Assembly (NCBI GenBank): GCA_051294905.1
Contig: CM119371.1
Span: 16,928,001-16,992,000, forward strand
DNA: 64,000 nucleotides
Origin: Botryllus schlosseri
Taxonomy: Eukaryota
Direction: 5' to 3'
A program made the position numbers and the translations under genes. Under the pieces are notes generated by a model. That model worked only from the letters and a program-made list of their open reading frames with translations. It made no database searches and was not told the DNA's origin. This document shows positions 26,401 to 38,936 of the stretch, one piece after another (the stretch's first letter is position 1; each line of letters begins with the position of its first letter).

Positions 26401-27209
26401 GCGACCACCCCATAATTGTGTCACGGGGTGGCTTCGCCACCCCGCCACCCCGTAACTCGGCGCCTATGTTGTGATCACATGTATTCCACTCAGCGTAAGC
26501 AGAGAGTTTACGTAACTGATCGCGCCAATGACGAAAATTTTCGATCATTCACAACCGAAGCGGTTTTCTCGCGGCCGAGTTTTGGTCCACCTTTCGGAGT
26601 CCTATGTTTACATAAACTTCATTACGTGTTGCTGCGTCGTGATGCGGTAATGGCTGGCGCCGAAATGCCTATAAATCATGCGTATTTCTCAGAGAAGGTC
26701 ACCTAATAAGCAATACATTTAGGCACACTAATTCGTGCAAAGCGCGAAAATAAATTGAAAAATGCTGGAAAAAGTTTCAAATAAATGCGCTGATTTATGT
26801 TCATTGGCGAAATAATTTTGGGCCCTTTTCAAGCTCGGCCCCTCTCCAATTAAGCGGTTTGGGGTCAACCAGTTACGGTTCTGCACAAAGTAAATGAATC
26901 GAAAACCAATGATCAAACTGCGCTGTTTAGTGATGAGTAAGCTCGTATCTGTTCTGTATTTGTCGCTCGCATGTCGTCAAATAAAACTTCTTTAACTTTA
27001 AGTCAAATCGAACATGATTCCAGCCCTAATGTTACCTCACGAAGTTATGAATCAGTTTAAAATTTGATGTTTTATTTATTTTATCAATGGTCCAGCCTTC
27101 AACATTGCATCTTGAAATTGAAGTATAAAATTGTAATATACCTGGCGGACCGGCAGTAATGTCGTCGCGGACCGGCACCGGTCCGCGGACCGGCGGTTGA
27201 GAACCACTG
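23446..27209. mobile_element. hAT (Buster-like) non-autonomous element with GCGGACCGG subterminal motifs
   Basis: Perfect TIRs CAGTGGTTCTCAACC / GGTTGAGAACCACTG; perfect TSD CCCTAGCC at 23438-23445 and 27210-27217. Confidence 0.95.
24086..26468 (-). mobile_element. Second, inverted copy of the CATAGGC family, nested in 23446-27209
   Basis: Ends TATAGGCGCCGAC / CTCGGCGCCTATG; TTGTGAT on both flanks; ~25197-26468 aligns in reverse with ~1093-2327. Confidence 0.9.
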
Positions 27210-28309
27210 CCCTAGCCCACTACAAGACCTATAGAATACTTCGGCCGACATGAGAAAATAACCGCCTCATGTTGGCCGAGACCTTGGTGCATGTATGTAA
27301 AGGCATATGTCCAATTGTCAAATGTTCTTATAAACACCTAAATGGCAATCTATGGACATAATTATGCAACAAATGTCAACCCGTGCGTCTCAAGAAATAG
27401 GTTTTTCTTTTAGTCATTATTGGGCGAATGCAATATTTTCTGAATGTATAGCAGGCGGGAGATCACGAAATAATAAAATTAGTGCCCCGTAGATATGAAA
27501 TAAACGCTCGTGTATCATTAACATGCATCAAGTTTTCGAAGGCACCACTTCGTTCGGCGCGACACGTTAATCTGATCACGTGGGCAGAAAAAGAATTCAA
27601 AACATATGTAATTACCGATATTACAAAAAAAACTCAACTATGAAATTCAAATATTTTCGGACACACACGGGTAATGCACACGCCGTACTGCCCTACACCA
27701 ATATAATATTTTGAAGTCGAGTAGCTCTAAAACGGTGGTCTGGGGATGATGGTAGAGGCCCTCAAAAAGCTTGGTTTATCAGCTTAAGATGGCCCGAGGA
27801 CAACTTCTTACGGGGGGGGGGGGGTGCTGGTGCTGGCGAAGTGATTTGATGGTTATATGGCAGCAATCTATTGGCGATGGAAGTAATATCATCATATGTA
27901 TTAATCGCGTGTTCACTACGCCGCGTTAGTGAAGCGACTGGTTACTTGTAATAAGTTACTTATTTGTCGAATTTCGAGGGTGTGTTTTTCTGTAACCCAC
28001 TAATAAATGAGGATTGTATGCTTCGAGGCAGGCCTTTCCAACTCGAAAGCGATGTCGAGATTACATTCCAGCTCTAATAACGCCCCGGATCGCATCATTC
28101 GAATACAGTTTTTTGATGAAATACCGTAAGATATGGCCGTCTTTGCGAGGTATCACGCATTAATGAAAATGCGGAAATGGGCGTCTAAGGTACATGATGC
28201 CAAATATGTTGGTTGGTCAATATAGGTTGCTAGTCATTTTAAAATAGACCGCGCGGGGCGTTACTTCTTCAACAGTAATGGTCTAAATGTCTACACACGT
28301 ACTAATATG

Positions 28310-29275
28310 CAGTGTTGGGATGACTCGAGTCATGACTTGACTCGAGTCAGACTCGAGTCAACTTTTTCGTATGACTTGACTTGACTCGAGTCACTTTGCA
28401 AAAATGACTTGACTTGACTTGACTTGGAGCTTAAGAAATCTGCATTGACTCGTGACTCGGAGCAAAATTTACGAGTCAATTTCAAGTCATTAAGTAAACA
28501 GTGTTAGGATTGTTCAAGATACGCCGGTGTAACTTGCGAGAGCAACCAGTCATTCACTGATTGTACGTCACACTTAACCTCCATCGTTACATCACAAATA
28601 AATTGACCGCAAACGAAACGATTACAGTTTACGTTGTCGTACCAGTAGTAGATTATTCTAATAGCAACATGTATCTGTTTCTTAGACGGCTCATTGCTTA
28701 CGTTGCGCATTGTTCAGTTTTGCCAACCCTCTTGTATGATTTGAATCGAACAAATATAGTCTGTGCGTTTATATTCTTACGGATGTGTAGATGGGTAGTG
28801 TAGGCCATTGTACCAAATCCATTTGTTTCAACTTTTCGTGGCTTCGTATTCGATCCTATATTTTGGCTGATAATAACTGACTGTAGCATATAACTGTACA
28901 GCTACTCACGTATTATAATAGCAGTTCTACGTTTGCGTGGGAGATGTAACGTCTTTTTGCATGTTTATTCAACTTTATATTCGTTATTTGACTCAAGATA
29001 AATGGTCAAATAATCAGTCTTTCACACACCTAGCAAAATGAAATGACTTTGAATCATTACTCATACTTCGAAATTCAATTTGACTTGAATTGTGACTTGA
29101 CTCGTGACTTGACTTGACTTGACTCGACTTGACTCGAGTCACCTCCAAAAAACGGGTGACTTGACTTGACTCGAGTCACCTTCGAAAATCGATTGACTTG
29201 ACTTGACTCGAGTCAAAATGTGCAATGACTCGAGATGACTCGTGACTCGAAGGTAGTGACTTGATCCCAACACTG
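28310..29275 (+). mobile_element. CAGTGTTGGGAT-family MITE, copy 2
   Basis: Same TIRs and GACTT arrays as copy 1; perfect TSD CTAATATG at 28302-28309 and 29276-29283. Confidence 0.95.
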
Positions 29276-29503
29276 CTAATATGCCACCAATAATGACTGT
29301 TGCCCAACTTGTATACATCTTTAATTGTACGTCCGAATATCCAGGCGCATTAATGTGGATGGAAACGAAATCATATTGACATTTAGTGTCATATAGACAC
29401 ACATATATAGTCTAATATCGTCCAACACCATTCACTAAATTCCATCATGCTATCGTATTGCTCGTTATGGTAAACAGTCCACGCATGCACGCGTAAAGCT
29501 TAC

Positions 29504-29767
29504 TAGAGCGGGGAGTGGATAGTCCATGGACTGGATATATACCGGATCGGAGTGGAAATCATTGTGTTACGGGTACGTCCTAATCCGGATCAGATCCAAA
29601 TTCGTGCTTTTTATGATACGGTCTGTGTACAACGTAGTATTGTGCTGGATTTAGCCAGATCCTGGTAGATTTTGGCATTTTTTTAAATTTTTGGTTGGAG
29701 CCGGATTCCATTGTCAAGAGACCTGATCGGACTCGGACTCAGGAATTTGTCCGTCAGCGCTGCACTA
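29504..29767. mobile_element. Possible old MITE with ATCCGG/CCGGAT repeats
   Basis: TAGAGCGG...CTGCACTA ends and repeated CCGGAT motifs; no TSD match. Confidence 0.4.
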
Positions 29768-31423
29768 CTTGTTATCCGTTAAAAGTTGCAGGTAATAGTC
29801 AGGCCTGTACTATGCTACTCGGTAATTCGGATGAAACGGTTAGTTGAATTATCGGTTGTTATATTCAGGATTGAATATTTTTTAACGACTTATATGAACT
29901 TCAGTGAAGAATAAAGCGTGGATAGGTTAGCAGAATCTGATCGCGATTCCCGTGATACCTACTCCTCAAAGTGTTTCACATATCTGATTAATATGCCACT
30001 AACTATTCAAAACACAATATGGCGATAAAAACGCAATGGGCAGAGTTTGCGTCATATTATATTGTATCAATGACGTACAGTGAACTGACTACGCTTAGTT
30101 TGAAACACCCAACTCGTGTGACTGGATGGTCCGGATACATTGACATTGGCATTGTAAAATGAACTACTTGATTGGGAAATTCCGTTCTGTAATTCTGACG
30201 GCCGTGTGGGGTATTGTTACCGATATGTTATGGACGCTACTAGTTCGGAACTACTGGACTGGCGGAATGATTATGATGTCTATAATTGTGCATCGTTTAT
30301 ACTTTTGTGACAATCGTTGCCTACGAGGTGCATTTTTACATAGACCACTACCTCACTTTGGACTAGCGTATCCAAAGTACAATTAGAAGGTTCAATTACA
30401 CATGCATTTTTGTAATATATATCTCTATAATCGCATATTTCTTGTCACATGGGATGATTATAATCAAATTTCTGAGCTTACCTCTAACTGCGGTGCCGTT
30501 GAGGTTGTCGACTTCATCCCAGCTAAATGAAATAGATTTCTGATTAGTCTGGTTTCATTAATTTAGAGAAATATATTACAATACTTCAAAAGACGATAGC
30601 AGACCACTTATTATTTCACACAGTAGAGTGTTTGTTAAAATGACTAATCGCCGATAAGAAGCAGATGTTTTAATTCGACAGAAATCAACATTTTCATAGC
30701 AGAAAGATGTAAACTTCAGCGAATCAGAGGCGATGTTTAGTCTCCATACATTTGTTCAATATTTTAACGACCACTTATTTAGGCAATCGAAAGTTAGTAG
30801 GATTTAAAATAAAATATATGTCACGGAAGACCTAGATATGCAAGATTCGGATTAGATTGGTTTTAAATTTTCATTGTCAATAATTGCAACATAACAAAAA
30901 ATATTCGGTAATCTTTTGGAACAGAAAAGCATTACGGAATATATTAAAAATATGATGTCAGGTTCCAACTTACAGGACACCTGTCTAATAATTTTCGGCT
31001 TCGGTTTTAATAGTGGAGGTCGCCTCTTTTCGCGCGGCTGTAGAAAGAGAATTTCAAACAGTTATATCTCGATTCAAAAGCTATAGGCCTACCCTACCTA
31101 GTAGCATACCTTGGATGTTTCGGTGTTTCTATTGACGTGGGACATTTTACCGCGTCAACTATTGACCAGTTAGTGTCTTGGCAAAATGGTCACTTCTACA
31201 TCAACAATTACAGGTTGGAATCTAAAATGAAAAACTATAAATCTGATCAATGACCGTTAAAAATGCACTTTTATGAAGGACACATCAATTCGAAATATAT
31301 CGATGAAAATCTGACTGAAACGGAAAGTCTAGATTTTATACAACTATTGAGTGTAAACATAAAATGGGTCAACGTAGTAAGCAGCTGAATTATATTGTAC
31401 ACAATCACGTATAAACCCTAGAT

Positions 31424-32543
31424 CAGGGGTCTCAAACTCAAATGTGGTCGCGGGCCAATTTTCCAGTTTTTGATGGGCTATATAAGGCTATTCCATGTCA
31501 TTCCAAGTAGGCCTTAGTTGACGGGATGAAGTTGTACCATTAAAAGTGTGCTGATACAGCAGACTGACATTCAACACACATCATAAAAATGTGATTTACT
31601 CTTGTATCAATTTAGGCCTGGCATGAAAAAATCATCACATTTATAACTATGTTAATAGAAATGTTGTTATACTTGATACATATTAATTATAAGATATAGA
31701 CGTCATCTGAGCGGAAAAATATATAATGATATCATAAAAGCTATCACGTTATAATTTTGCAGTTACTATGAATATTGTGAATTTAAACAGATTGATAATA
31801 ATAGAAATTGATCTGATATCACAGAATTTTGGGTTCAGCAAATTCGGGCGCAATCCGGGTATAGTCCTGATAAGTGGGTTATTAAGCTCATGCTCAATTA
31901 CCTTCGAATATAGAGCAGAAAATACCAATATAAATATAATAATGAATGTGTGATAGGTATAGAAATGTCGGAACGCCGAACAACCCATTGTTGTTACATC
32001 GGTGGAGCGTACCACTACGGCACTCGTACCTTTAAGTAGCCTAATAACATGATTTAGCGACCCAAGATGTAACGAATAGATTGCCAATGGTTGCAAAAAC
32101 TACTTGCTTAGTATGCGAAATATCATGCTGCGACCTTCTGGTCTATTACTATTCCCATGACTCCGTGTCCACTCGGGTCATTTTAATTTAACCATTAAGT
32201 CAGCCCGAGCCTGACTAATTCTAATAAAGGTCGCGTCCAAGTCGAACTCACAAATTTCATTCACGCATCGTTTAAGCATAGTGCTGTAAACGACTATCGT
32301 CGAAGGTTCAGGGTTTATCATTATGAATTGGAAATGTGGCGAAATAGTGAAACGCCTACTGCACGGACGCGGATAGTAAAGTTTATTGAATAGTTCCAGG
32401 CTTTCGGAGCAATAGAGCGAATTTTCACTTCAAAACTTGAAAAGATATATGTGCCACTTATATATTGTAAAATTATCGGAAATCGAAAATGTCGTCGCGG
32501 ACCGCACAAAATGATCTGGCGGGCCTCGTGTTTGAGACCTCTG
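31424..32543. mobile_element. hAT (Buster-like) MITE
   Basis: TIRs CAGGGGTCTCAAAC / GTTTGAGACCTCTG; flanks CCCTAGAT and CCCAAGTT (6/8). Confidence 0.8.
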
Positions 32544-32726
32544 CCCAAGTTGAAGTATTACCGACCTTGCATCCGTTGTACATCTACAAAACCACGCACT
32601 CATCAGTGCATTATGAATATGCAGTTCGACCTATAATTATGTCAGAGAGACCGCATTTCGTATGTTTTTTTACATATAATATGAACATTTTTTATTTTCG
32701 TCTGCTGCTGTATCACAGGTTTTCGG

Positions 32727-33111
32727 TCGGGTTATCGTACATCCTCTATTAGTAAGATTTTTCATCTTTTTTTACTTTTTTGAAACTATCCTCGGGCGAC
32801 GGACAAACATCCTCCGTTTGGAGAATTTGTCCTCTTTTGTGAAAATTTTGGTTAAAATGGCTCGGGAAAATTCAACTGGGGCATAGGAAATCAGTTCTCA
32901 AGTAACGGTTCGGTGGGAATTTCGGGAGTTGACGCAGAAAAATGCCATATTTTATTTTTTTGTCGACACCATAATATTTTCACGGGAAAAGTGGATAATT
33001 CGGTAGTCGAATCAAAGTGATGAGCTTTTTTTTAGCCAACCAACTACAAACTAAGAATATGATATTGTATTGTAAGTCTTCTTTTCAGATTCTCAAAATA
33101 TGGTAACCCTA
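32727..33111 (-). mobile_element. Inverted relative of the 2726-3166 MITE
   Basis: Ends TCGGGTTATCGTA / TATGGTAACCCTA; perfect TSD GTTTTCGG at 32719-32726 and 33112-33119; TCCTC subterminal motifs. Confidence 0.85.
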
Positions 33112-33893
33112 GTTTTCGGTAAATATCAAAATCATTCCTTGAGTAATTTCGCCCTAGAAATATTATATATATATATGTACCGGAGAGGGCGCGGGAAATT
33201 GCCAAACTATGTAAACATTATGTTCTGTTGAATTTTTATTCCTATCGAAATAGATGTAAATCGAGTGCAGACAGGTATTCTATATCCTTGCATCGCTTCG
33301 CATCTATTTACTGTAGCCATAACGATCCCGGCACCGGTACTAAGTTCATGTGTTAACATTTACCATGATTTGCAAAATCAAAACGCAAATAACCGGAATA
33401 CGCTTAGAGTTCCCCCAATTTCTCTCGTGACGCATTGGTCTGAAAGGGTTACCACATTGTCAAACGTCTAAAACGCGTTTTAGTGAATCTTCAGAGTAAC
33501 GCAGTATGTAGCAAATCAATATCCCGGTCAGTAATTTCTGCCAGTTTTATCTGAAGCATGGCCGCCAACACAACATTGTTATGGCAATTAGTGATGTGCA
33601 CCTCTGGAAAATGAGTGATATATCACGCATGCAGGAAGGATTCAAAATGATAGTCTGAAACATTGAATACGCGTGCGGTCCTGTGCAAGGTACAAAGATA
33701 ATTTCACAATCTATTTCAAATCTTATTTTTCATCAACAGCAGCAAACAACAGCAAATATATGTGGCACGCCGATATGCATGTTTCCATCAAGATATATAT
33801 TTATATATATTTACACGTTGTACAAATCTTTTTTTCGCAAACTTTCCATTTCCCAGTCCAATTTTTGGGCAATTATTCTATTGAAACAATGAC

Positions 33894-34101
33894 CTGTTGC
33901 TGTGCCTCCATCGGTATTTGTTGGCGCTTCCTCAATAGCATATCGGCTAGATTTCTACCTAAGCGAACTAGGTCATGGTATGTTGCGGATATTTTGTTAC
34001 TTCCATCTCTCAGAAGCTGTATAGCGCCCGTAGTAAAAGACGGCCATGCTATACCAGATGTGAGCTCAGCTCGGAAATCATGATAATACCGTTTATCGGC
34101 T
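33894..34101 (-). other. Candidate coding exon of unknown function
   Basis: TTTTACGCAG acceptor; stop-free frame ADKRYYHDFRAELTSGIAWPSFTTGAIQLLRDGSNKISATYHDLVRLGRNLADMLLRKRQQIPMEAQQQ; CAG|GT donor (weak). Confidence 0.3.
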
Positions 34102-37100
34102 CTGCGTAAAATAACGATTAGGTGTTAAAACAACACGAAGACTGAACGACAACGTTTCAAGCTTCTAGAGTTCTGACTCGAATTGAGGAAGTTTAAAGTT
34201 GATACGTATGCCTGTATGGTTCCACAAACCAAATCATGACAACGCTCATTCCCGTATTGTTTGGACAGCGGCATTTCGCGGTTACTGTTGTAAATTCGGC
34301 CCGGACATCTATTGATGACTATCTGTTTGAGTTTCGAAAAAGTACATACGTTGACAAGGGAAAACAAACGCAACACAATCCTTAAGATCGTAAACAACTT
34401 GTCGTATTAACCTCCGGGTCACTATAGCCGAGCAAACAAATTCACGCCTGTCATATTTGTTCGAGCGAAAACGCCGGCACACTATGAACGATGCCTAAAT
34501 CCGAAATCGTAAATACTATAGTCTTGGAGGCGTTATTTTCGTTGTCAAAGTTGGCTACACCATATTTTGGATCATGGATGGACAGACTGTACAATTTTCG
34601 TCATTTCGGGAGCAAAATTCACAAACTGCCAAAAATAAAAATTGTAAAATGCTATAAATGAGTCTGCATGAAGCGAGAAAACAATTGTTTAACGCTAAAT
34701 TCCTAAATTGTCGCGGGCTTCCACAAAATTTGAAAATTGGCCCACGATCCGGTTTGAATTGGCAACCGCCGTTCTAACTGTATCATTTTTGAGGCACATC
34801 GCAATCAATCCGTCCCGCTTATTCTATCACAAGGGGGGGGGGGGGGGCGTTTTTCAACTGCAATAAAATATTTCGCACGTTTGGAACAAAATGGATAAAG
34901 TAATATTTACAATCCGAATCTTATCGTCTATGAATCGTAAGAAATAGTCCGGCCTACTCTGCAGACTGAATGTGTGCTGTAGACTAATTGTGTGCTGAAG
35001 TAGGCGCATGTGCAAGTTTAATAAGGATAAGGACTGCCAATGAATGACTCCTATCTTTGTAGGAGGTTATATTTCATGTGAATATATCATTTCAGGCCAT
35101 CATATAATAAATAGAGGCTACTATACTCTACAACTTATGTAACTTACAATTATAGGTAATTGAGCAGGGGAAACCATGCACGCATATACCGAATCCTTAT
35201 CTGCCAAACTAAAAGTAGCCTGCAGATGTTTGCCATCATAAGAGACAATAAAAATTTAGCGATAACCAGACGTTGATCTCGAAAACTTTTCACACGTATT
35301 ACAAACAACCAAATGAGGTTGTTAGAGCTACATGTATGTAACGCATCAAGACATATAAAGTTTTAGGCCATGTAACATGTGACTCCAAGAAGTGTGTCAG
35401 AACGATCGGCAGCGAGAAAGCCTTGGCCATAAAGGACTGCTTTTATGCTGACAAAAAACTTCGAAATATCAAAAACTTCGTTATATATACAAAATACATA
35501 TAGGTTTATTTGTCCATATAGGCGCCTAAATGACTGGCGCCGGATGTTTTTGTCTTGGCAATCTGAACTGAACCTCACAAGACAAATACCATCCCGCAGG
35601 AAAGGAAATTATATGCCAGCGAAGAAATACCAATCTGAAATCGTGTGATCTTTCAGTTTGGTAGGTTTGGGTAATTCTATATTTTTTTGATATAGCAGAC
35701 AGGATGTCACGAAATAACATCATGTAAAGAAGTCATACCTAGGGGTCCGCCCACCCGAAGAGGTTTACTTTTACGGGGTCTGCAGTTTCAAAGACAACTC
35801 TCACTCAGCTCTACCGGTAAACCTGATTACGTGGGCAAGGAGAACAACCATGTAATTCCCGATCTTATTTACCGATTTATCATGAATTAGCGAAGTATTC
35901 GCGCATCGCGCTGTCACACTAAACAGTACAACTTTAATTTCGTGACAAAAGTGAACAACCTGTTGCGGGGTCAGTTTATCAACCTATGGGACCACGGGGT
36001 CCTGACGAATTGCTGTTACGTTCCTGCTAACGGGTATACCCCTGGAGATGTTTAATTAGAGAGGGCCTATACCTTTTCAAACACACCTCAATCAGCTCTA
36101 CCGGTAAATCAGATTACGTGAACAGAGACAGGACGAAAATTGATAGCAATACATGCAAATACAATTCCCGATCATATTAACCAATTTAGTCATGAAACTG
36201 AATAAATTACTCGCGCTTCGCGCGCGCGTTTAGGCGAGAAAAGCTGATTCACTCAACGGACACCCAATGCAGCAGATAAGTAGCGGTGAACAGAGTACAG
36301 TTTTGGAATCTCGCCAGGGCAATAAAACTACTCCGAAATAGCCACGATGACTGTTTGGGTACGTTTCATAGCCGTAGTATTCGTACGACCCCGACCGTAC
36401 TCTGAAATTCTAAGTTTGGGAATCCCTGCTCTAGATGTCCTAGTGTGATTGTAAGAACACCTGCCATGCCATATATCGGGTTAGCAATATGCTTCAGACG
36501 CCACTACCTTACATCAGTAACAGCAGTTTTCATAATAATTGCCTCTCTGCCTGGTTTGAAATAGTAAGGTATGTATTGATGTTGTGTTATACTTAGTTAA
36601 ATGTAGTTTGGCTGTTGATGCTTGTGGAGCAGTAGGCATATTTAAGTCCACGAGACAACGGACGACGGGACCGTTTAAATTTTTTGCTCGAATGTATCAT
36701 CGACCCCCTCCGTATATGTCCAAAGGCACACGACCATATGACCTGTGAGCTGTGACACATACTCTCGAAACCTCAAATTTTCATCTTGTTTTGTTGTGTA
36801 CTATAATCGAAGCTACAAAAAGCCAATGAAGAATATCTCGCCGCCATCTTCAAGAATGAAGATTATATCAATTCAAATGTTGGCCTGAATTCACGTTTCG
36901 TTTACCCCCAAACTTACAAAATTAATGGTACATACATATTACCCGTAAATCGACATTTTGACTTTGAAAATACCTCGTTTTAGCGATAAAACACCACATG
37001 TAACTATGATGTGCATCTTCTATATATGTAGGCCTGTTTCTGTTGTTAATTGATTAGTTGATCCAACTATTTTGCTTTATTTGGGTATGATACCGTAGGC

Positions 37101-38308
37101 GCCCACACTACATAAATATAGTAATTGAATTGAAAATATTACATTCGAGGATGGTAAATTAAAAAAACAGGCGGCATTATATGCCCTGATACAATCCCTA
37201 CACTTCACATTAAAGAGATTGCTCGTTTGTTAGTGTCTAAGGTGATAAAGAAAAATGTGTACGCCGATCTAAATTTACTTGCCACCCAAAACAAAAACCA
37301 TCTGTCACAGACCCCATGACTCACGCAAGTCGAATTTTCTTTGCATGTGAGGAAAGATTCTACCAGCATGCAATTGTAGACAAATTCGCATACTGTTATC
37401 ATCGGATTATCACACAGAATGTCTCAAGTATTTTCGGTCCCACTGTCTCATCGGTACCCCATCTCCCCCACTTCAATCTCGCATATATCCGGCCCGTCGA
37501 CTAGATAAGTTGTTCTCGCCTGCTTTAGTGTGTCCGGGCTGGCCATTCCCCGTCTGGGGAGCTGCATATTGCTCTTGATATGGTTTCCTGTTACTTTGAA
37601 AGGCCAATATTCCAATTATGTTTCTTATTATTATTCTTGACGCGAATGCCTAAATCTGAGTTCCTAGCCTCGAAGTCACGACTCCAACGTGAGAATGCAT
37701 CGAGAATATGCTATTATTTGGCACCAACGATACACACTGTCATAAAATAATATGACACGTTAAGGACATAAAAAGTTGATTCAAAGATGGTCAGTGTGGG
37801 CAATGATATGGTAATAGTCATTTTTGCGCATATTATTTGTTTGTTTTATTGACACAATTGGCGCTTTTAAACACGTGGGTCATTTGCGCTCGTACAGAAA
37901 TTGTCGTATTGTATTTCTGCTTTTGCTTGCGTCCTTTTTCGTGTCTGTTGCTGCCATCTTTCCAGACTTTGGCTCTCTCTTCCTCTGGGCTTTGCAAGGC
38001 GCTATATTTTGCCCATATGTATGGTTCATCTCTTTTGTCGCAACACTGAACAATATGCGGCTCCTACGCCGTAACAAGTTGGTCGCCACCGGTATATGGT
38101 ATGCATACTGCGACTTGAGCAGAAAGCGAATGGCTACTTGCCGACTTCACTACTTCAAATTTTTGATTTGGACATTATGACATCTCCTCATTGTGAACAA
38201 ATTATTGTCTCCAAATTTTTAGGTTATCCTCCAACGTTTTTATCTTGGTCTTGTCTGTTTTTATAGTATTGCAACAAGTAACTTTGGTTAGGATTTAATT
38301 GGTGATAC

Positions 38309-38936
38309 CATTAGTGTCCTATATGGTGTCGATACGAGCAAATCTCACGGCTCAGTGAAATTGATTCACGTCACAGTTTCCATTTGGCTACAGGCAATTT
38401 GACGGTCATTTTTGACCGGCTTGCCGAGCATTAGATTGGGTAAAACGGATATCAATCGAAAGCTGACTCTGCAATGATTACGAAAATATAAATTTTATTC
38501 CGCTCGTGGCCCTGGAACTCCCACAATCAGTCTCGAATATTTCATTGTTATGGAGATTGGCATTTGGACGCAACAATGCTGTCTGGCGAAGCGAGAGAGT
38601 AGCTCAGGACGCAGCAATGCTGTCTAGCAATACGAGAGATTAGCTCAAGAGAAAAAGAGCCAGACAGCATTGTTGCGTCTCAATGCGAATCTCCATAACA
38701 ATGAAAAATTCGAGGCTGATTGTGGGAGTTCCAGGGCCAAGAGCGGAATAAAATTTATAATTCCGTAATCAATGCAGAGTCAGCTTTCGGTTGACACCCG
38801 TTTTACCAAAATCTAATGCTCGACAAGCTGGTCAAAAATGACCGTCAAATTGCCTGTAGCCAAATGGAAATTGTGACGTGAATCAATTTCACTGAGGCGT
38901 GAGATTTGCATTGTCGACACCAAATAGGACTCTATG
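38309..38936. mobile_element. Foldback (palindromic) MITE
   Basis: Arms ~38309-38587 and 38659-38936 are reverse complements at roughly 90% identity by eye, around a 71-bp spacer; flanks GGTGATAC and GGGATAC. Confidence 0.9.
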
